From Myxococcota bacterium (GTDB taxonomy: Bacteria; Myxococcota_A; UBA9160; SZUA-336), in NCBI GenBank assembly GCA_965247115.1, contig CBDFGR010000002.1:896001-960000 (forward strand): a stretch of 64,000 nucleotides of DNA. The letters run 5' to 3'. The translations under genes were made by a program, and so were the position numbers. Position 1 is the first letter of the stretch. Each line of letters starts with the position of its first letter. Below are positions 29,027 through 39,570 of the stretch, in pieces. Under the pieces are notes generated by a model. The model was given only the letters and a program-made list of their open reading frames with translations, did not search any database and was not told where the DNA came from.

Positions 29027-29692
29027 ATGGACGTCTACGAGGCTCTCTACACGACGCGCGCCATGCGGCGCGTGAAGCCCGACCCCGTGCCCGCGAACGT
29101 GCAGCGTCGCATCCTGGACGCAGCCATCCGCGCTCCCACCGGCGGGAACGCCCAGAGCTGGCGCTTCCTCCTGGTGGATGCCCCGGAGGTCAAGGGACGG
29201 CTGGGACCGATCTACCGAGCCTGTCTCGAGCAGCTCTTCGACAACGTGTACAAGGCGCAGATCGAGGCGGCGGAGGCTGACCCGACCAAGCCCGCCAGCG
29301 TCGAGTTTCGCAAGATGGTTCGATCGGCCAGGTACCTCGCGCAGAACTTCGAGAAGTGCCCGCTCTTGCTGTTCGCGTTCTCGAAGTTCGACAGCAGCGG
29401 AGGCTCGATCTTTCCCGCCGTGTGGAGCGCGATGCTCGCGGCTCGCGCCGAAGGTGTGGGAAGCGCGTTGACCAGCCTGCTCGCGCTGCGGAGCGATGAG
29501 ACCCAAGAGGTCCTGGGTGTGCCCGAGACTGAGGATTGGCAGATGGTCTGCTGTGTGACCATGGGCTACCCGACGGGTCGCTGGGACGTGGCTCCGCGCA
29601 AGCCTGCGGACAGTGTCGCCTTCCGCAACCAGTGGGGAGGCAACCTGGAGCTCGAGATCCCCGAACCGCTGTGGCCGGCAGATCACGCTTGA
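29027..29692 (+). CDS. Nitroreductase family protein
   Basis: TTRAMRR, APTGGNAQSWRF, SIFPAVWSAMLAARAEGVG. Confidence 0.9.
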   Translation: MDVYEALYTTRAMRRVKPDPVPANVQRRILDAAIRAPTGGNAQSWRFLLVDAPEVKGRLGPIYRACLEQLFDNVYKAQIEAAEADPTKPASVEFRKMVRSARYLAQNFEKCPLLLFAFSKFDSSGGSIFPAVWSAMLAARAEGVGSALTSLLALRSDETQEVLGVPETEDWQMVCCVTMGYPTGRWDVAPRKPADSVAFRNQWGGNLELEIPEPLWPADHA

Positions 29693-29720
29693 AACTCGAA
29701 CCGGACTGGACCGAGGCGAG

Positions 29721-30299
29721 CTACCGTGGCTCGCGGCCCATTGAGTAGAACTCGTCGTTGGGACGCATGGAAATAAAGTTGGCCATGCGGTTGCTCAGGG
29801 CGAAGAACGCGGTGATCCCGGCGATGTCCCAGATGTCTTCGTCGCTGAAGCCGTGCTCGCGCAAGGTCTGAAAGTCGTGATCGCCGATGGATCGGGCGTC
29901 CTTTGAAACCTTCATGGCGAAGGTCAGCATGGCTTTCTCGCGCTCGCTGATATCGGCCTTGAGGTAGTTCGTCGCGACCTGATCGGCGGCGAGGGGGTTC
30001 TTGGCGCGGATGCGCAGGATGGCCCCGTGGGCGACCACGCAGTAGAGGCAGTCGTTGTCGCTGGACGTGGCGACGACGATCATCTCGCGCTCCGCCTTGG
30101 AAAGGCCGCTTTCCTTCTCCATCAATGCGTCGTGATAGGCAAAGAAGGCACGGAACTCCTCCGGGCGATGAGCCAGGGTCAAAAACACATTGGGCACGAA
30201 GCCGGACTTCTCCTCTACGGCGAGAATCCTCTCCACGATGTCTCCTGGCAGGTCATCCATGTCCGGCACGGGGTAGCGGCTGATTGGCGCTGCACTCAC
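29721..30299 (-). CDS. Peroxidase-related enzyme (AhpD/CMD-like)
   Basis: EKSGFVPNVF.TLAHRPEEF, EREMIVV..S..N.CLYCVVAHG. Confidence 0.92.
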   Translation of the reverse strand: MSAAPISRYPVPDMDDLPGDIVERILAVEEKSGFVPNVFLTLAHRPEEFRAFFAYHDALMEKESGLSKAEREMIVVATSSDNDCLYCVVAHGAILRIRAKNPLAADQVATNYLKADISEREKAMLTFAMKVSKDARSIGDHDFQTLREHGFSDEDIWDIAGITAFFALSNRMANFISMRPNDEFYSMGREPR

Positions 30300-30461
30300 T
30301 TCCAGGGTCCCCTCATCGTTTCGAACAGTGGAGCTTGCTCCGAGCGTACAACGGCTCGGGGGACGGTGGCCAGGTCCGCCGAGGTTTGACGTGGAGTTTC
30401 TCTCCGGATGCTCCGGATCCGGAGCGCCCCAGGAGCTAGACTGGCCGCCTGGAGCAAATGA

Positions 30462-31223
30462 ATGGCCGATCTGCAGCAGTCGTGTGTCCTCATCACCGGC
30501 GCCACCTCCGGCTTCGGAGAGGCAACAGCCCGGCTCTTTGGCAGCGCCGGGGCGCGCGTCGTCATCTCCGGCCGCAGGAGCGATCGGCTCGAGAAGCTCG
30601 CAGCTGAGCTCGGGGGCAAAGCCCACGCCGTACCACTCGACGTGCGCGACCGAGCTGCCGTGTTCCGTGCGGTGGAGGAGCTGCCGCCAGAGTTCGCGGA
30701 GATCAGCATCCTCGTGAACAACGCGGGCCTCGCGGTCGGCCTCGGCCCGGCCCAGGACGTCGATCTGGACGACTGGGAGGCAATGGTCGACACCAACATC
30801 AAGGGTCTGCTGTACTGCTCGCGCGCGGTCCTGCCCGGCATGGTGGCGCGAGACCACGGACACATCATCAATCTGGGGTCGGTGGCTGGAACCTATCCCT
30901 ACCCCGGGGGGAACGTCTACGGCGCAAGCAAGGCCTTCGTCCGCCACTTTTCGCTCGAGCTGCGCGCGGACCTCTTGGGGCACAACGTGCGCGTGACGAG
31001 CATCGAGCCCGGACTGGCCGAGACCGAGTTCTCGCTCGTCCGCTTCAAGGGGGATGCCGAAAAAGCGAAAGCGGTCTACTCCGGAGTGCAGTCCATCACT
31101 CCAGAGGATGTCGCTGCGACGATCCACTTCGTCGCGACCCTGCCGCCCCACGTCAACGTGAACTCGATCGAGCTCATGGCGACGATGCAGGCCTTCTCGT
31201 CCTTCGCGATCCACCGCACCTGA
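30462..31223 (+). CDS. SDR, YdfG-like NADP-dependent 3-hydroxy acid dehydrogenase
   Basis: TGATSGFG, NNAGLA.G, YPGGNVYGASKAFV, TEFSLVRF. Confidence 0.9.
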   Translation: MADLQQSCVLITGATSGFGEATARLFGSAGARVVISGRRSDRLEKLAAELGGKAHAVPLDVRDRAAVFRAVEELPPEFAEISILVNNAGLAVGLGPAQDVDLDDWEAMVDTNIKGLLYCSRAVLPGMVARDHGHIINLGSVAGTYPYPGGNVYGASKAFVRHFSLELRADLLGHNVRVTSIEPGLAETEFSLVRFKGDAEKAKAVYSGVQSITPEDVAATIHFVATLPPHVNVNSIELMATMQAFSSFAIHRT

Positions 31224-31254
31224 GCGGGGGCTGGACCGTTTTGGAGGAGCGCTT

Positions 31255-31683
31255 CTACTTCGGCTTGTCGCGGCGCACCCAGCGACTCGTGCTGCTGACG
31301 TCCTCGATCGGCTCGCCGGATTCCTGCCAGCCCCCGAAGCCCGGCTCCAGGTGCGCCACGTCCGCAAAGCCCATGTCCTGGAGCGCCTTGGCCGCCAGCG
31401 CGGAGCGCCCGCCGGCCGCACAGAAGAGAATGGTGCGCCGACCCTGCTGAAACCAGTCGCGGAAGTAGGGGCTGGCCGGGTCGGCCCAGAACTCCAGCAT
31501 GCCGCGCGGTACGTGCTTCGAGCCCGGGATGGTGCCCAGATCCACGCGTTCCTGCAGCTCCCGGATGTCGGCAAGCAGGACGTCGGCGTCGCCCCTGAGC
31601 TCCTTCGACAGCCTCTCGACACTCAGGTTCTCGATCTCCGCCTTCGCCGCATCCACGGCATCGAAGATGGGCTTGATGGCCAC
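31255..31683 (-). CDS. Single-domain rhodanese
   Basis: DIRE, VPRGMLEFWADP, FCAAGGRSALA. Confidence 0.88.
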   Translation of the reverse strand: MAIKPIFDAVDAAKAEIENLSVERLSKELRGDADVLLADIRELQERVDLGTIPGSKHVPRGMLEFWADPASPYFRDWFQQGRRTILFCAAGGRSALAAKALQDMGFADVAHLEPGFGGWQESGEPIEDVSSTSRWVRRDKPK

Positions 31684-31747
31684 GATGGCTCCTCCCCGCT
31701 GTTCCCCGTCGGATGCTGTCACACGGAGGCCGCGCCGGGCAAGCCGA

Positions 31748-32545
31748 TCAGGCCCGACCCGTGACCAGGAACTGCGGCAAGATCGCCAGATAGGTCTGCT
31801 CGACGATGGCCTTCTCGATATCTGCCGCGAGGGCTTCGAGCTCCGTCTCGTCGACACGTCCCGAGGCACGCGCGTAGGTGCGCATGTTTGCGAGTACGGG
31901 ACGCATGTGACCCTCGGTATCCGCGTTCGCGCGGATTTGGATTCCGACCTCTCGAAAACCCGCCCGGCGGAACAGACCGTACAGGCTCCTACCGATCAGC
32001 GGGGTCTTGAACGCCACGGCTGCGGCCGACATCAAGCGCGAGAGGCGCTCCTGTCCGACGGGTTGGAGGACCAGCATGCCCCAGTCGCTGTCCGTGACGT
32101 GCGCGATCCCGTCGGGGCGCAGCACGCGCTGGAACTCCTGCACGGTGACAGCGGGATCGTCCACATACTCGAGCACGTTCTTGCAGACCACGCGGTCCAC
32201 GGAGTCGTCATCGAGCGGCATCCGGCCCTGCTCGACGCGCTGCGCGCTCACCTGCTCGCCCACTCCCTCGGCATCCGCCCGGGCGCGAGTCCGCGTCAGG
32301 AACTCGGAGTTGATGTCGAGCGCGTGGACGCGCCCGCCTCGGCCCACGCGCCTGGCCAGCTCGACAGAGAGATGGCCCGGGCCGCAGCCATAGTCGACGA
32401 CGGAGAGGCCCTCCGCGATCTGCGCTGGCGCGAGCAGGGGTTCCAGCTCCTTGCGCCACACGAACATCCGCTCGTATGCCTCCAACCGCTCGGGCTCCAC
32501 GTAGAGCCAGTGGTCGCGGTAGTAGGTCTCGGTTCTCGTAGCCAC
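31748..32545 (-). CDS. Class I SAM methyltransferase
   Basis: VVDYGCGPG, SVDRVVCKNVLEY, RVLRPDG. Confidence 0.88.
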   Translation of the reverse strand: MATRTETYYRDHWLYVEPERLEAYERMFVWRKELEPLLAPAQIAEGLSVVDYGCGPGHLSVELARRVGRGGRVHALDINSEFLTRTRARADAEGVGEQVSAQRVEQGRMPLDDDSVDRVVCKNVLEYVDDPAVTVQEFQRVLRPDGIAHVTDSDWGMLVLQPVGQERLSRLMSAAAVAFKTPLIGRSLYGLFRRAGFREVGIQIRANADTEGHMRPVLANMRTYARASGRVDETELEALAADIEKAIVEQTYLAILPQFLVTGRA

Positions 32546-32678
32546 GCGTAGCACTCCTCAGGACATCATAAGCGGACGGCCGGCCTGGATGGCAAGCGCG
32601 CGAGTTGCGCATCGCTGAGCGCTAAAGACCGCGGCGGGAACGGTCGAAGCAACCCCGGAGGAGCGCGCAGGAGCTGCA

Positions 32679-33005
32679 ATGTCGCCGTCTCGCCTCCACT
32701 ATCGTAGACCTCCGGGCCGCAAGGGTATTGAGCTCCGGGTCGAGCTCGGAGGCCGCAGCGAGCGCTTCCTCGTGATCGACCTCTCCGGAACCGGCATGCG
32801 CGTACGAGGCGAGCGACTCCTCCCGCTCGGCGAGCGGCTGCCCTTACTGCTCCGCATCCAGGACGCGGAGATTCGCGCAACTGGCGAGCTCGTGTGGTGC
32901 GACGAACGGGACGTGCTGTACAACGACTACACGATGGGGATTCAGTTCTACGTACACGACGGGTACGGGCGCACCACGCTCGAGCGCTACCTCGCTACGT
33001 TCTGA
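32679..33005 (+). CDS. PilZ domain protein
   Basis: RRPPGR, DLSGTG (D/NxSxxG), GELVW, MGIQF. Confidence 0.75.
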   Translation: MSPSRLHYRRPPGRKGIELRVELGGRSERFLVIDLSGTGMRVRGERLLPLGERLPLLLRIQDAEIRATGELVWCDERDVLYNDYTMGIQFYVHDGYGRTTLERYLATF

Positions 33006-33126
33006 GGATCGCGAAGCGCCTCCCATCATCCCCCTGGCTAGATTTTTGACTCAATCCGCTGCTCGAGCCTGAAGGCCACCCGGGTCTGGTCTACTCTCGT
33101 GCCGTTCAAAAACGGAGGGACGCGGG

Positions 33127-34428
33127 ATGAGTCAGGTCATGGGTCGGGCGAGCGCGTTCGTAGGCTCGGCTGTGCTCCTGTGGATGCTGAGCGCGCCAGT
33201 CGCGGCCGAGGACACGGGAACGATCGAGGAGATCGTGGCGATCCTACGCGACGAGGGTCTGATCGACGAGGCGACACAGCAGAAGCTGCTGGTCAAGCAC
33301 GCGAGCGAGCAGAAGAAGAAAACCAGCGGTGTGCTGGGGGGTCTCGAGTGGAACGCCGACCTGCGGATGCGCCACGAGGCGTTCTGGTACGACGGCGACG
33401 CGACCGGCACGCCGGAGCCGGACAACCGCTACCGCTTCCGCTACCGCGCGCGGATTGGCTTCCAGAAGCAGCTCGGAGACCGGATCCGAGTGGGCATGCG
33501 CCTTGCCTCGGGCGTGGGCTCGAACCGCGGTACGAACACGAGCTTCGGCGAGCAGCCTGACTTTCGGCCGGACGATATCTTCATCGACCGGGCCTGGGTC
33601 GAGCTGCGGCTCGGGGATGGTCCCGTCAACACCCGCCTGGTGCTCGGAAAGGTGGCCAACCCGTTCCTCTGGAGGGTCGGCCTCGATCGCCTGATGTGGG
33701 ACCCGGACGTCACCCCGGAGGGCGGCTACCTCCAGGCCCGCAGGAGCTTCGGCGAACGCGCCGAGCTCTGGGCCACCCTCGGCGCGTTCATCGTGAAGGA
33801 GAACAGTGGGGCCATAGGCTCGAAGTTCGACCCGAAAGTCTTCGCGCTGCAGCTGGGCGCGAGCCACTCCATCACTGATGCGCTCGAGATCGGGGGTCGG
33901 GTCACCGGGTACGAGTGGCGCTCGCTCGACCGTCCCTTCATCAATCGCGCCAAGCTCTTCGGCAATCTCGAATCTGGCTTCGACAGCAAGGCGAGAATCG
34001 GCGAGCTCAGCGCCTACGCACGCTTCACGGCCGCGGACGCCTGGCCCGTACTGCTCCACGGCAGCCTCGAGCGCAACTTCACGGCGGACTCGGCGCTGAT
34101 CGGCGGCGTGCCAACGGACGCAGAGGACATCGCCTGGGGAGCGGGGTTCGAGATCGGAGACGCCACAAAGAACGCCAAGCTCGGCTTCACGCTCTTTCGC
34201 GTGGAGGCGAACGCGATCGTCGCCAACCTCGCGGACAGCGACCTGCTCGACGGCCAGACCAACCGCGAGGGCTTCGTCGCGTATGCCTCGCGGAAGCTCG
34301 GCCCGCATGTGGAGCTGCGACTGACGTTCTACGAAGCCGAGGAGATCCGGAGCTCGAGTCCCTTCGTGGGATCGCTGCCCGGTGGGGACCGTCGGCGCCT
34401 GCAGTCGGATCTGCTCGTGAACTTCTGA
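33127..34428 (+). CDS. Putative outer-membrane porin (Porin_5-like)
   Basis: Signal peptide, DLRMRHE, RYRFRYRARIG, C-terminal Phe. Confidence 0.8.
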   Translation: MSQVMGRASAFVGSAVLLWMLSAPVAAEDTGTIEEIVAILRDEGLIDEATQQKLLVKHASEQKKKTSGVLGGLEWNADLRMRHEAFWYDGDATGTPEPDNRYRFRYRARIGFQKQLGDRIRVGMRLASGVGSNRGTNTSFGEQPDFRPDDIFIDRAWVELRLGDGPVNTRLVLGKVANPFLWRVGLDRLMWDPDVTPEGGYLQARRSFGERAELWATLGAFIVKENSGAIGSKFDPKVFALQLGASHSITDALEIGGRVTGYEWRSLDRPFINRAKLFGNLESGFDSKARIGELSAYARFTAADAWPVLLHGSLERNFTADSALIGGVPTDAEDIAWGAGFEIGDATKNAKLGFTLFRVEANAIVANLADSDLLDGQTNREGFVAYASRKLGPHVELRLTFYEAEEIRSSSPFVGSLPGGDRRRLQSDLLVNF

Positions 34429-34448
34429 GCAGCCACCGTCAGACGAGC

Positions 34449-35093
34449 TCAGGCGGCGCGCCGATAGACGACCACGTTCCAGACGCCGGAACGCTGCCGC
34501 GAGGCGCACGAGAGTCCGTTCCGCCTCACGACCGCGTCGACGTCTTCGCTCTTGTGGAGGAAGACCCGGAAGGGATTGCGTCGCAGCCGAAAGATCGCGT
34601 TGATGAGCGGGCGCGCCAGCTTCAAGTACCAGGTGCGACGGGGAAAGACGAGCCCGTACGAGAAGCGCGCGCGCGCCGAGGACAGACCCACCAGGGCATC
34701 CATGTCGGGGTAGCAGCAAATCACGCGATCGAGGGTGACGACGTCTGCCGCGTCGAGCTCCGCCGCGAGCTCGACGAAGTCTCCGTGATGGTAGCGCGCA
34801 CGCTCGGCATAGCCTCTGCGCATCGCCTCCTGCTCGACCACTTCCAGGTAGGCGGTGGACGCGTCCACATCGGTGACTCGCGTCACGCCCGCTTCCACGA
34901 GCCCGTGCTGGATCGCCCCGACTCCGCCGCCCATGTCGAGGAGCGACTTCCCGTCGACACCCGCGGTCTCGAGCCCGGCGAGCAGCACCCGCGTGGCCCT
35001 CGTAGGGCCCTTGCGTTGGTACGAGCGCAGCTCCCGGGCTGCCGCTCTCTTACCGAAGAGCGACTCGATCCCCTGACACTGGCAGCACTTCAC
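34449..35093 (-). CDS. SAM methyltransferase (BchM-like fold) with Cys-rich N-terminus
   Basis: LLDMGGGVG, DVVTLDRVICCYPD. Confidence 0.82.
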   Translation of the reverse strand: MKCCQCQGIESLFGKRAAARELRSYQRKGPTRATRVLLAGLETAGVDGKSLLDMGGGVGAIQHGLVEAGVTRVTDVDASTAYLEVVEQEAMRRGYAERARYHHGDFVELAAELDAADVVTLDRVICCYPDMDALVGLSSARARFSYGLVFPRRTWYLKLARPLINAIFRLRRNPFRVFLHKSEDVDAVVRRNGLSCASRQRSGVWNVVVYRRAA

Positions 35094-35183
35094 GCGGTCC
35101 GATTATAGAAGGCGGGCCGGCGTGGCGGTACCTTCGCGCCACGATCCGCAAGGGGTACAATCGGAGAGCAGAAGAAGATTGAC

Positions 35184-35258
35184 GTGGTGACGATGGCGCG
35201 CTTCGCGGATCCGGAAAGCAACGTGATCGGGCTCGTCAAGGCGGAGCAGGGGCTTTGA
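35184..35258 (+). pseudogene. Remnant resembling a VOC/glyoxalase C-terminus
   Basis: VVTMARFADPESNVIGLVKAEQGL* matches the F.DPEGN.IGL motif. Confidence 0.4.
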
Positions 35259-35746
35259 GGAGACTGAGCATTCTCTGCGCCTTGCTCACGCTGGTCGTCC
35301 CAGCAGCCTCTTCACGCGCACACAGCGTAAAGGAGCTCGTGCAAGCGACCCGTGCGCCACGAGAGACCCTGGCACAGCGGCTCGTGCGCCAGCTGGAGAG
35401 GATCGAGGTGGAGCGCGCCCTTCTGGCTCCGAGCCGCGAGCAGCGAGTCCGCGAGGCGGAGCTGAGCCTGCGGGGCACGGGCCAGGACCTCGAACGCTAT
35501 CGACGACGCGCCCTTGCCGAAGACGCAAGGGAGGCGCTCGTCGAGGATCTGGAGCTGTCATGGCTGACCGGCGCCGCGCCTCGCGGCAAGACGGCGCGGA
35601 TCCTGCGCCGCGTCGAGCTCAGGCGAAGCATCGATCGGGTCCTGCAACGCGTTGCCCTCGAGCGCCGCGTCCAGGCGCTCGAGCGCGGCCGACCGAGGGG
35701 GTTCAGGCCATACTCGCCGAAGCCGGCGCTCCGCCTGGGACGCTAA
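35255..35746 (+). CDS. Hypothetical secreted helical protein
   Basis: Signal-peptide-like N-terminus; Arg/Glu-rich helical body. Confidence 0.55.
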   Translation: MRRLSILCALLTLVVPAASSRAHSVKELVQATRAPRETLAQRLVRQLERIEVERALLAPSREQRVREAELSLRGTGQDLERYRRRALAEDAREALVEDLELSWLTGAAPRGKTARILRRVELRRSIDRVLQRVALERRVQALERGRPRGFRPYSPKPALRLGR

Positions 35747-35756
35747 GGCGAACGCG

Positions 35757-36947
35757 TCAGCGCGGGGTCTCAGTCGCAGCCCGGTCTTCCGCACCCGTGC
35801 CCCTGCCCACCCGATCGAGTGCGAGTGTGAGCGGGAGGATGACCAGGATCGCTGTAGCGCAGCACACGACCAGGAACCAGGCAAGGGGCGGAAAAGATCC
35901 CCACGCGACGAGCACCCCCCCTATCCCGGGGCCTAGCCCGTAGCCGAGGAGGACGACGCCCCCGGTGGCCGCGGCAACACGCCCTTGTGTATCGATCGCG
36001 GCGGCCGTTCCCAGCAGGAACGGCAGGACGAACAGGTAAGCGGTGTTGTAGAGAAGCTCTGCCCCGACGTAGGCAATCGGGCCTGTCGCGTGGCCAAGGA
36101 TGACTCCGGCCACGCAGATCATGGACATTCCCAGCGTGAGCGGCAGCGTGCGTCCGAAGCGGGTACCGGCCCAGGCCGCGAGGGCCGCACCGGAGATACC
36201 GGCGACCGTCGTGGCGGCGAGCACGCGGCCGATCGCGTCGATGCCGAGCCCAACATGACTTCCGATGCGCTCCACGAAGGTCCAGATCGCCCCCTCGCCC
36301 ACCGAGAGCACCAACGCCGAGAGCAGTACCGCGAGCGCGGGACCGCGCGGCACGCTGCCACCGAGGATCTCGCTGGGCATCCCGGCGGGTACGGAGCGCG
36401 GCAGCAGGACCAACAATGGTACGCAGAGCAGCGCGGCTCCACCCAGCGCTGCGAAGGCGCCGCGCTGCGACCAGAGCTCGATGGCGTAGGGCAGCCCGAC
36501 GAAGAGGCCAGCTGCGGCAAGAGCGCCGAGCACGGTCACTCGGGCGTAGAGGCGATCCGGATCAACGGAGGAGGCGATCACGGCGTTCGCCGTGGCGAAG
36601 ACGCAGCCCTCGCCGAGTCCGGCAACGACCCTCAGCATCACCAGCCAGGCGAAGCTCTCGGGGAGCGCGGAGAGCAGTTGTGCGCCCGCCAGGACGGCGA
36701 CCGAGACGAGAGCGACGCCGCGCCGAGAGATGCTGCCCACCCGGGGTGCCAGCAAGAGCGACGCCAGCGCCATGGCACCGATCTCGACCGAGCCGAGGAG
36801 GCCCGCCTGCCTCGTGTCGAAGCCGATTCCATCGATCACGGCTCCCACAAGGAGTGGAAGCGAGTTCGAGCCGAGCAAGCCTACCCACGACGCCGCTGCG
36901 GCGGCCCAGAGGAGGGTTCGGGGATCTCGGGTCTTGGACATCTGCAT
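35757..36947 (-). CDS. MFS transporter
   Basis: About 12 TM; LRVVAGLGEG, AIWTFVERIG, IDTQGR. Confidence 0.85.
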   Translation of the reverse strand: MQMSKTRDPRTLLWAAAAASWVGLLGSNSLPLLVGAVIDGIGFDTRQAGLLGSVEIGAMALASLLLAPRVGSISRRGVALVSVAVLAGAQLLSALPESFAWLVMLRVVAGLGEGCVFATANAVIASSVDPDRLYARVTVLGALAAAGLFVGLPYAIELWSQRGAFAALGGAALLCVPLLVLLPRSVPAGMPSEILGGSVPRGPALAVLLSALVLSVGEGAIWTFVERIGSHVGLGIDAIGRVLAATTVAGISGAALAAWAGTRFGRTLPLTLGMSMICVAGVILGHATGPIAYVGAELLYNTAYLFVLPFLLGTAAAIDTQGRVAAATGGVVLLGYGLGPGIGGVLVAWGSFPPLAWFLVVCCATAILVILPLTLALDRVGRGTGAEDRAATETPR

Positions 36948-37080
36948 GGGCGCACGTTCGAGCACGTGTTCGCAACCGGCGAAGCGGATCGCCTCGCGAT
37001 CGATCAGCGACCGTCGAACAGGAGAGCCGATGCATCCATGGTAGGTTCCTCCTGCAAACGAACCCGTCGAGGCTGAGTGT

Positions 37081-39570
37081 ATGGGTGCCGCGCGCGGAGC
37101 GTCAATTTCCCGGAACCATGCGGACGTCCTCTCCGGGCTGCGCGTGCTGGATCTGTGCACACCACGAGCGGAGCTGGCTGGGCGCGTGCTGGCGGACCTC
37201 GGTGCAGAGGTGCTCAAGATCGAGCCGCCAGAGGGATCTCCTTCGCGGCGCATACCACCTTTTGAAGGCGATCGCGCCGACGACGTCGAGGCATCGCTCT
37301 ACTGGATCGCCGTGGCACTGGGGAAGCGCAGTGCGATCGTGGATTTCACGGTGGGCGAGGAGAGGAGCCATCTCGTCGAGCTGGCAGCGTGTGCGGACGT
37401 CGTTCTCGAGTCTTTCGATCCGGGAACCATGGATGCGCTCGGCCTCGGCTGGGAGGCCTTGCAGACGCGGAACCCGCGTCTGATCTACGCCTCGGTCACG
37501 CCCTACGGTCAGGACGGCCCAAAGGCGCACTGGCCAGCCTCAGAGCTCGTGATCGAGGCCGCGGGCGGGCGCATCGCCCTCCAGGGGGATCGCGATCGCA
37601 CCCCGCTACCCATCGGGTTTCCGCAGGCTGCCTTTCATGCGGGTGTGCAGGTCGCAGCCGACGTGGTCATCGCGCTGAACGAGCGCGAGCACTCCGGCAA
37701 GGGCCAGCGACTCGACACGTCCATGCAGGAGGTGATGATCTGGACGTTGATGGGTCCGGGCTGGTATCCCGCCGCGCTCGGTGTGAATCCTCCCGGCGCC
37801 GGCGAGGATCGTCGGAACGTGGAGCTCCCCCGGGCGCAGCGCCTCTTTCCCAGACTGTGCGAGTGCGCGGACGGGTACATCGTGGCGCTCTTGGGGCCGA
37901 GTTTGCCCGGAATCCGCGGAGTCATCCCCGAGCTGTTCACGAGACTCGCGGACCAGGGCGAGCTCGATCCGCGGCTCCGCAACATCGATTGGGCCAACTG
38001 GGCCGCGGCGTTCCACGCGGACGAGATCAGCGACGAGGAGGCGGGACTCGCGCTCGCGCAGGCACGGCGCTGGATCCGCACCAGGACCAAGCGCGAGCTC
38101 CTGCAGTGGAGCGTGGAGAGGGATCTGCTGCTTGCGCCCGTGCACACGACGCGAGACCTGCTGGACGAGCCGCAGCTCGTGGCGCGCGAGTTCTTCCAGG
38201 AGGTCGCGGGCCGCGTGCACCCCGCCGCGCCGGTCCGGCTATCCCGCACCCCGATCCGACTGGACCGAGCTGCGCCGCAGCTCGGCGCAGATCAGAAGAC
38301 CGTCGACCTCTGGCTCGGGCGCCCCCCAGCAGGCAGCAGGGCGGAGCCGCTCGAGCAGCGAGCGGGCGAGGCCTTTGCGGGGCTGCGCGTCGCCGATCTG
38401 AGCTGGGTCGTGGCGGGACCCACCATCGGCAAGGCGCTCGCCGACCACGGCGCGACCGTCGTTCGCGTGGAGTCCTCGGAGCGGGTGGACCTGGCCCGAC
38501 GACTGCCTCCGTTCAAAGATGGTGAGCCGGGGAAGAATCGCAGCTTCTGGGCGGACACCTACAACACGTCCAAGCTGAGCGCGGCGGTGAATCTCGGTGT
38601 CGCGCCCGGACGCGAGCTCGCCCGGCGCATCATCGATTGGGCCGACGTGGTCATCGAGTCCTTCTCGCCAGGTACGATGCAGAAGCACGGACTCGACTAT
38701 GAGGCCCTGACCCGGGAGCGAGACGACCTGATCATGCTCAGCACCTGCCTGCTGGGCCAGACCGGACCGCGGGCGACCTATGCCGGGTACGGTGGGCAAG
38801 GAGCCGCCTTCGCCGGTCTGCACTCCGTTACCGGCTGGGCGGATCGCGCTCCGTGCGGCCCGTTCGGTCCCTACACCGACGTGATCGCGCCAAAGTACGG
38901 CATCGCGGCACTCGGCGCGGCCATCCTGGAGCGTCGGCGCAGCGGCCTGGGGCAACACATCGATCTGTCCCAGGTCGAGGCATCGATCCACTTCATCGAG
39001 CCGCTCCTGCTGGACGAGACCACGAACGGCCGAACCGCCACGGCCGCCGCGATGGACTCGGCCAGGGCATGCCCGCACGGCATCTACCCCACGCTGGAGA
39101 CGGAAAGGTACGTCGCGATCGCCGTGGAGACCCGCCGGCAGTGGCGTGCGCTCCGCGAGCTGGCGCCCCTCGACGCGTTCTCGGCGGAGCATTACGACAA
39201 GCTGGCAGCCCGGCTCAGCGCGCGGGACGAGATCGACCGGGCTCTGCTCCATTGGTGTGAGGGCCAGCCGCATCGCGGACTCGAGTCCCTGCTGGTCGAG
39301 GCGGGCGTACCGGCCTCCGTCGTTCAGCGGCCGCTGGACCTGCACGAGGATGCGCAGCTCGCGCACCGCGGCTTCCACGTGACCCTCGACCACGCCGAGC
39401 TGGGACCGATGCTGCTCGACGCGTTCCCGACGCGGTTCTCCGCCAAGCCAAGGATGCTGCACACAGCCGCGCCCTGTCTCGGACAGCACACGGACTACGT
39501 TCTGCGCGAGCTTCTCGGCCTGACGCCTGTGGAGATCCAGCGGTACGCGGACGCCAGGGCCTTGGACTGA
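37081..39570 (+). CDS. Fused two-domain class III CoA-transferase
   Basis: Two CaiB repeats: LSGLRVLDL...ADLGAEVLKIEPP and FAGLRVADLSW..AGP...PYTD. Confidence 0.9.
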   Translation: MGAARGASISRNHADVLSGLRVLDLCTPRAELAGRVLADLGAEVLKIEPPEGSPSRRIPPFEGDRADDVEASLYWIAVALGKRSAIVDFTVGEERSHLVELAACADVVLESFDPGTMDALGLGWEALQTRNPRLIYASVTPYGQDGPKAHWPASELVIEAAGGRIALQGDRDRTPLPIGFPQAAFHAGVQVAADVVIALNEREHSGKGQRLDTSMQEVMIWTLMGPGWYPAALGVNPPGAGEDRRNVELPRAQRLFPRLCECADGYIVALLGPSLPGIRGVIPELFTRLADQGELDPRLRNIDWANWAAAFHADEISDEEAGLALAQARRWIRTRTKRELLQWSVERDLLLAPVHTTRDLLDEPQLVAREFFQEVAGRVHPAAPVRLSRTPIRLDRAAPQLGADQKTVDLWLGRPPAGSRAEPLEQRAGEAFAGLRVADLSWVVAGPTIGKALADHGATVVRVESSERVDLARRLPPFKDGEPGKNRSFWADTYNTSKLSAAVNLGVAPGRELARRIIDWADVVIESFSPGTMQKHGLDYEALTRERDDLIMLSTCLLGQTGPRATYAGYGGQGAAFAGLHSVTGWADRAPCGPFGPYTDVIAPKYGIAALGAAILERRRSGLGQHIDLSQVEASIHFIEPLLLDETTNGRTATAAAMDSARACPHGIYPTLETERYVAIAVETRRQWRALRELAPLDAFSAEHYDKLAARLSARDEIDRALLHWCEGQPHRGLESLLVEAGVPASVVQRPLDLHEDAQLAHRGFHVTLDHAELGPMLLDAFPTRFSAKPRMLHTAAPCLGQHTDYVLRELLGLTPVEIQRYADARALD

